From Macrostomum lignano (taxonomy: Eukaryota): DNA of 64,000 nt. Below are positions 59,401 to 64,000 of the stretch, piece after piece. The stretch is taken from NCBI GenBank assembly GCA_002269645.1, contig NIVC01001376.1:1-64000 (forward strand), given 5' to 3'. Both the position numbers and the translations under genes were made by a program. Within the stretch, counting starts at the first letter, position 1. Each line of letters starts with the position of its first letter. The notes beneath the pieces were generated by a model. It had not been told where the DNA came from, made no database searches, and saw nothing but the letters and a program-made list of their open reading frames with translations.

Positions 59401-61591
59401 ATAAGGAAAAGTTTCGCAATTTTATTGCAATTCTTTAATATTTTTTGTGCAATTCGGGTGCCAGGTGGGAAGTTTCTAGACTTTTATTTTTTTCAATGGA
59501 AAAACTACATTGAGTAGATGCATGCTATCGGTATGCAACTGATTCAAGGACCGAGTCCCATTGAGAACAAATGAGCCGCTGTGAAAAAAGCAGACGTTTA
59601 CATAACTCTAAAGTCAAAATTAAAGCAGAAAACGATTCTGGTTCATATTCGGCATTTGGGATAATTGATTTCACCATTTATAAGGAAAGTGCGGAACGAA
59701 CTGGGAGCTGTCTATGAGCAGTAATAGTTTTAATCAATCACCGGAAATGAAGAGACAGGCTGCTGCTGACCAGCGTTGAATTCCCTGATCGAGGAACTGA
59801 TCCAGGGCATCTTCCTCTATGAAGTTTGTCACAGCAGCAGCAGCCCAGTGAAAAATGGAATGTGGAATCCACATGGATTTAGGATATGGATTTCATATAT
59901 ACATTTGTCTCCGTTTTTCTATATGGATTTAGAGTATAGAATCCACGTGGAGTATCCACATCGAACATACAGTGTAATCTGCATTGCTCCAGATAAATTC
60001 TACATCATTTCTAGATCAAGCAAATCTGATTATCGTCTACAGATTTCACTCATTAATTGCGCATTTCCAAGGCTTAACGAGTCAGCCTTAAGGCTTTCAG
60101 ACTAAACGAGTAGTAACAGCTAGGGTTAAGTTCCGGTGTACGAGTATATTCGCTGCATTAGACCAATTTTAACGTGACAAATGATAATATCATAAAACAA
60201 ATATCGTCATGGTTTTCTTTGATTGCAGATAGTACTTGCAGGTGAAAATATTTAAGTAGCTGACATTCGTTTTTATTAAATTTTTTTTAATTAAGAGCTG
60301 TTTGAACTTTAAAGCAGAAGCATGCATAAAAATTTAAGCAACATGTATTAATAAACGAAACAAGCGGACTATAGAAAATACCGATGTATGTAACAACTGC
60401 AATTTGAGAAAATACGGAAGTTTGAGTTGTCACAGTTGATCTGGGTTACAGTCAAATTGTCAGCTGCATGACATTCGCTTTCTTAGCATAAAACGTTTTA
60501 AGCTATTTAATTTTTCAATTAAAGCTCCTAAAATCCTATTGATACATTCCATCATGGATCATCCTATTCCATCATCCATGAGTGCTTAAACATTAAACCC
60601 AGTAAAAAAGGAACAAAATAGAGTTAGATTTTTATTTCGTAAATGTATAAAATTCTAACGCAGTTTTGGCGGCAAAGATTTACGTTTCAATCGGAGTCGT
60701 CGACGAAGACCATTTTGGTCCTTTTTCGCTGCTCTCCGCGCTGCTCTCCGCAAGGACTTCCTGGCTCCACTCTGGCTCTGCTCCGATTCTGGTTTTCAGT
60801 GTTGGCCTGATCCGCTTGATCTTGAGCCGGCTTGATCCGCTTTTTTGAATCTCGCAGAAAGTTCTCAACTGCTTTTTGAATGCCAGTAACAGTTGCAGCA
60901 CCGTTGCTATGGCCCTAGCTGCCAGGTATATTGCCACAATGTTGTCACAATGTTGATATCTAATGTTGCTGAATTGTTGATGTCAATGTTGCGGCAACAT
61001 ATTTTTTGTCGTTGCAAATGTTGTCATATGTTGCTATATAATGTTGCCATAACATTAAAGCAATGTTGACATAACAACATTTTGAAATCTCTTTTCTTCC
61101 TACTGATAGTAATGCAGCGAGATTATTTAATTTGTAGTAGATTGTTTTAATATTCTGAAAAAAACAAAACGAGATGCAAGACCACCCTGCAGCTTTAATC
61201 CAATTCAATGGGAAGAATGAAACAAAATGGCGCACTCGAAGTACAACAAAAAGTTGTTGGTTTTATATTTTTCTAGATGGAATTTTACTTCAAAACAGAA
61301 TAAATTGCAAATGGTTTTTACTGCGCAAAGAGATGTCAATAGGGTTTGTTGTAAATTTGTAAGTCAATGGTATGCAAATATAACTTAGATAAGGGGGAAA
61401 TAATATGGCATACAAAGTCATACAAAGCGGCTTTAAGAAGGAAAATCACTTTGCAGCATCATTTTTTTATATTCACCCACAACTAGAGGCTTCAATACAA
61501 AAATGTCCTTTGCTATCAAACAATCAAAGAAATTCGGACAGCTGGATGTTGACAAAATAACTTGGTACATTGCGATTGATTTTACACGCCA

Positions 61592-64000
61592 TTAATAATT
61601 GTCTTCTTCGTCAGCGTCGTCAGCACCGAAACCTTCAGCATCGCCTTCGCCGTCCAATCTAGGACCAACACCAGAATCGGCAGCATTTTGCCCACTAGAG
61701 GCGCGTTCAGCTTTGCGACGTTCTCGAACGGCGGCAAAGCGCAGATGCTCGCCCACGGCTTCCTCGATCGCGAGTCCTGTCGCCGTCTTATGGGCCGTCC
61801 ATACGACATCTGAGAACGAGAGAATTCCTGAATTATAAATTAATCGAACACAAATGGACTATTTCAACGTCTGAATTAGAAACTAATGGGCATTACATTC
61901 TGCTTTTCTTACTTTTGATAAGGGGGAGAAGTCCAAGGTTTTCAAACGGCAGTTTGGACACACCCCTACGAACGGCACCACGAAGGCTGTACTGCTTAGC
62001 CAATCCGTCGGTCATCAGTTGGTACATAAGGGTGCTTACTTGCGTTGAAACAGACTTTCCACCCAACCGACGGAGAAAGGCGAACTGAAATGTTGATGTT
62101 GGTTGATCACAAAATTGAAGTCGAAAGAAGTCTTGTTAGATAGCTTCTTATAAGAATCTATCAAAGCTTGCAAATCGTTTTGCTATCATTGTACGATATT
62201 TTAAAAAATCAGAAATCTCTAGCAAAAAAAGAAATCAGTGGCTTTAATTACAGTGCACATTGCATTCTAGCTGTATCATTTTATTTAACGAATATTTACC
62301 ACAGTCTCTGTTGACTTTCGATCCTCCTTGACTTGACGGCTCCATGCTAGAAGCCCCTCCGGGGAGTTGAACGGCAAGCCACCCAAAATGGCTTTGTCAG
62401 TAGGAATTTGGTGTTGTCGACTATCAGCAGCAGAATGAGCAGCGGGCAATGGGTTTGAGGAGATATGCTGCTCAATCGATTGAAGTCGCCGATCGATGCT
62501 GCACACTTTAAGATACGTCGCCCGCTGCGACGCTGAAATATTAGAAAAATAAAATCGTTGTTTGCTTATTATACGCATATTATATGTTTTTGCTATATAT
62601 GTATCTGAGAAATATACTTCTATACGAGACAAACCATTTTTCTCATAAAAAATCAAAGCGTAGTTGTTGTGAAAATATAAAATGAGTATAAGCTATAGTC
62701 ATGTCAGTCAATGAACAGATTCATTTTAATATTTAGTGTGGATTCATGAATTTGGATCTAATGAGTAAATAGTGAGTCTATCTGTAAGCAGCATTTACTG
62801 GTAGGGTACAAAAAATATCATAACTGTTACCTTCTATTTTGGAAATCATAGAAGCAACTTCTGCCAAAGTTACAGTTGACGATTGTCCTGGACTAGCAAC
62901 ATCAGGTTGTTCTCCGTACAAATCGCCGAGAGTCACCAGAAGTGACTGTGTATTTGCAGCTGCGAAAGGCGACAGTTCGACCGATGGTGAATTTCGTAAG
63001 CCCGGCGACGACACTGCAGACGGCAGAGCAGACCGGTTACGATTCGCTGGTGATGATATTGCCGCAGCGCCAGCTGATGATGGCATTGCCGCATCGCCAG
63101 CTGATGATGGCATTGCCGCAGCGCCAGCTGATGATGACACTGCCGCAGCGCCAGCTGATGATGGCATTGCCGCAGCGCCAGCAGATGATGACACTGCCGC
63201 AGCGCCAGCTGATGATGGCATTGCCGCAGCACGAGCTGATAAAATCCCACATGGTGCGGTAATAACTGATGTAGCTGAATTGTTGCTGTTGGGCCCAGGG
63301 CGGATGTTCGAAGCATGTGATTGTTGCAGTACAGTCTGCAGCCTTGGTGCCTTGGGTACCACAGTCGGTTCACCAGCTGGTAATCTCGATCTTGATTTGC
63401 GATTCCTTGAATATTCGATCTCCTCGTCCAGACAATTACTGTGTCTATCGATGAAGACATCAGCAGGTGGACGATGCCTCGACACTTCGCAGTCCGTAGA
63501 TACGACGTCACCTTTGTTTTCATAACGACTTCTTAATTTTAAAGCCGAGCGCCATGAATCTGAGAGGTTATATAACGAGAAGCGCAATGTAATGCAAATA
63601 TTTTTCCCTGGCAGGTCATAATTGAGCACTTTAATTCATATCAGTATTATGCGATACATTTTTTAGTTGTTTATTGTACGATGTAATTTGTAATAATGTC
63701 AGTTATAAATAAACAAGTAATAAACAAAAATACAAGCCAAGTGCAAAAAACCTATATTTTATACATACATAGGCATACATATATGGGCTTTGAAACTTCA
63801 CAAGTCACTATTAACCATGCTTTACAGTAAAATGACAAACATATTTACTCTTGAAACTCTTTAAAAGTATATGCTAAACGGGAAACAAACCCTGAACTGA
63901 GAAAAACCAGCTTACGTACCATGCTGTGCCAATACGATCACCTCGTGTAGAGTCCAATTTTCGTCTGGAGCGATCCGTCCATCGATTGCCTTCTCATACG
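61592..64000 (-). CDS. Spliced DUF4806/BEN-like domain protein, 5' end beyond the window (exons >64000-63920, 63559-62831, 62532-62300, 62084-61913, 61809 or 61827-61592)
   Basis: Phase-compatible GT-AG joins with no stops: PDENWTLHEVIVLAQHDSWRSALK...STDCE; a coiled-coil LAEVASMISKIE...SIDRRLQSIE; LPFNSPEGLLAW; FLRRLGGKSVSTQVSTLMYQLMTDGLAKQYSLRG...KLPFENLGLLPLIK; AIEEAVGEHLRFAAVRERRK; acidic tail. Family call is from motif memory. Confidence 0.7.
63061..63240 (-). repeat. 27-bp coding minisatellite (~7 x AAAMPSSAG) within the DUF4806-like gene
   Basis: gccgcagcgccagctgatgatggcatt with period 27 (63061, 63088, 63115 and onward). Confidence 0.9.

Overview
Repeat-dense eukaryotic (metazoan) genomic DNA: GT-AG introns, GC-rich coding exons, AT-rich spacers and many tandem repeats. 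The style recalls invertebrate long-read assemblies such as the flatworm Macrostomum, but the species cannot be established from sequence alone. No CRISPR, rRNA or true tRNA genes were found. Host genes: (1) an intronless, disrupted M1 aminopeptidase N-like gene (minus, 2396-5300). (2) A cluster of three 4-exon paralogues encoding predicted secreted proteins: signal peptide + PAN/apple domain + ALK/LTK-type glycine-rich domain, with no transmembrane or kinase part. Copy 1 is 9111-10821 (+), copy 2 is 12606-26784 (+) with a 12.7-kb TE-filled intron, and copy 3 is 30373-33219 (-). Copy 1 is a mosaic of the other two, and the last exon alternates invariant poly-Gly motifs with variable loops. (3) A spliced DUF4806/BEN-like gene running off the right end. 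The rest is nested mobile DNA. It includes a full-length RNase H-bearing LOA/I-type LINE with a 10-bp TSD, a Penelope element in which 48 bp of coding sequence is amplified in frame 31 times, a hammerhead-like motif, two SINE families, Gypsy, RTE, Tc1 and hAT remnants, two solo LTRs, several MITEs and satellites. A 2.6-kb foldback palindrome with a head-to-head satellite core is inserted in a hAT remnant. Domain names come from motif recognition, not database searches.
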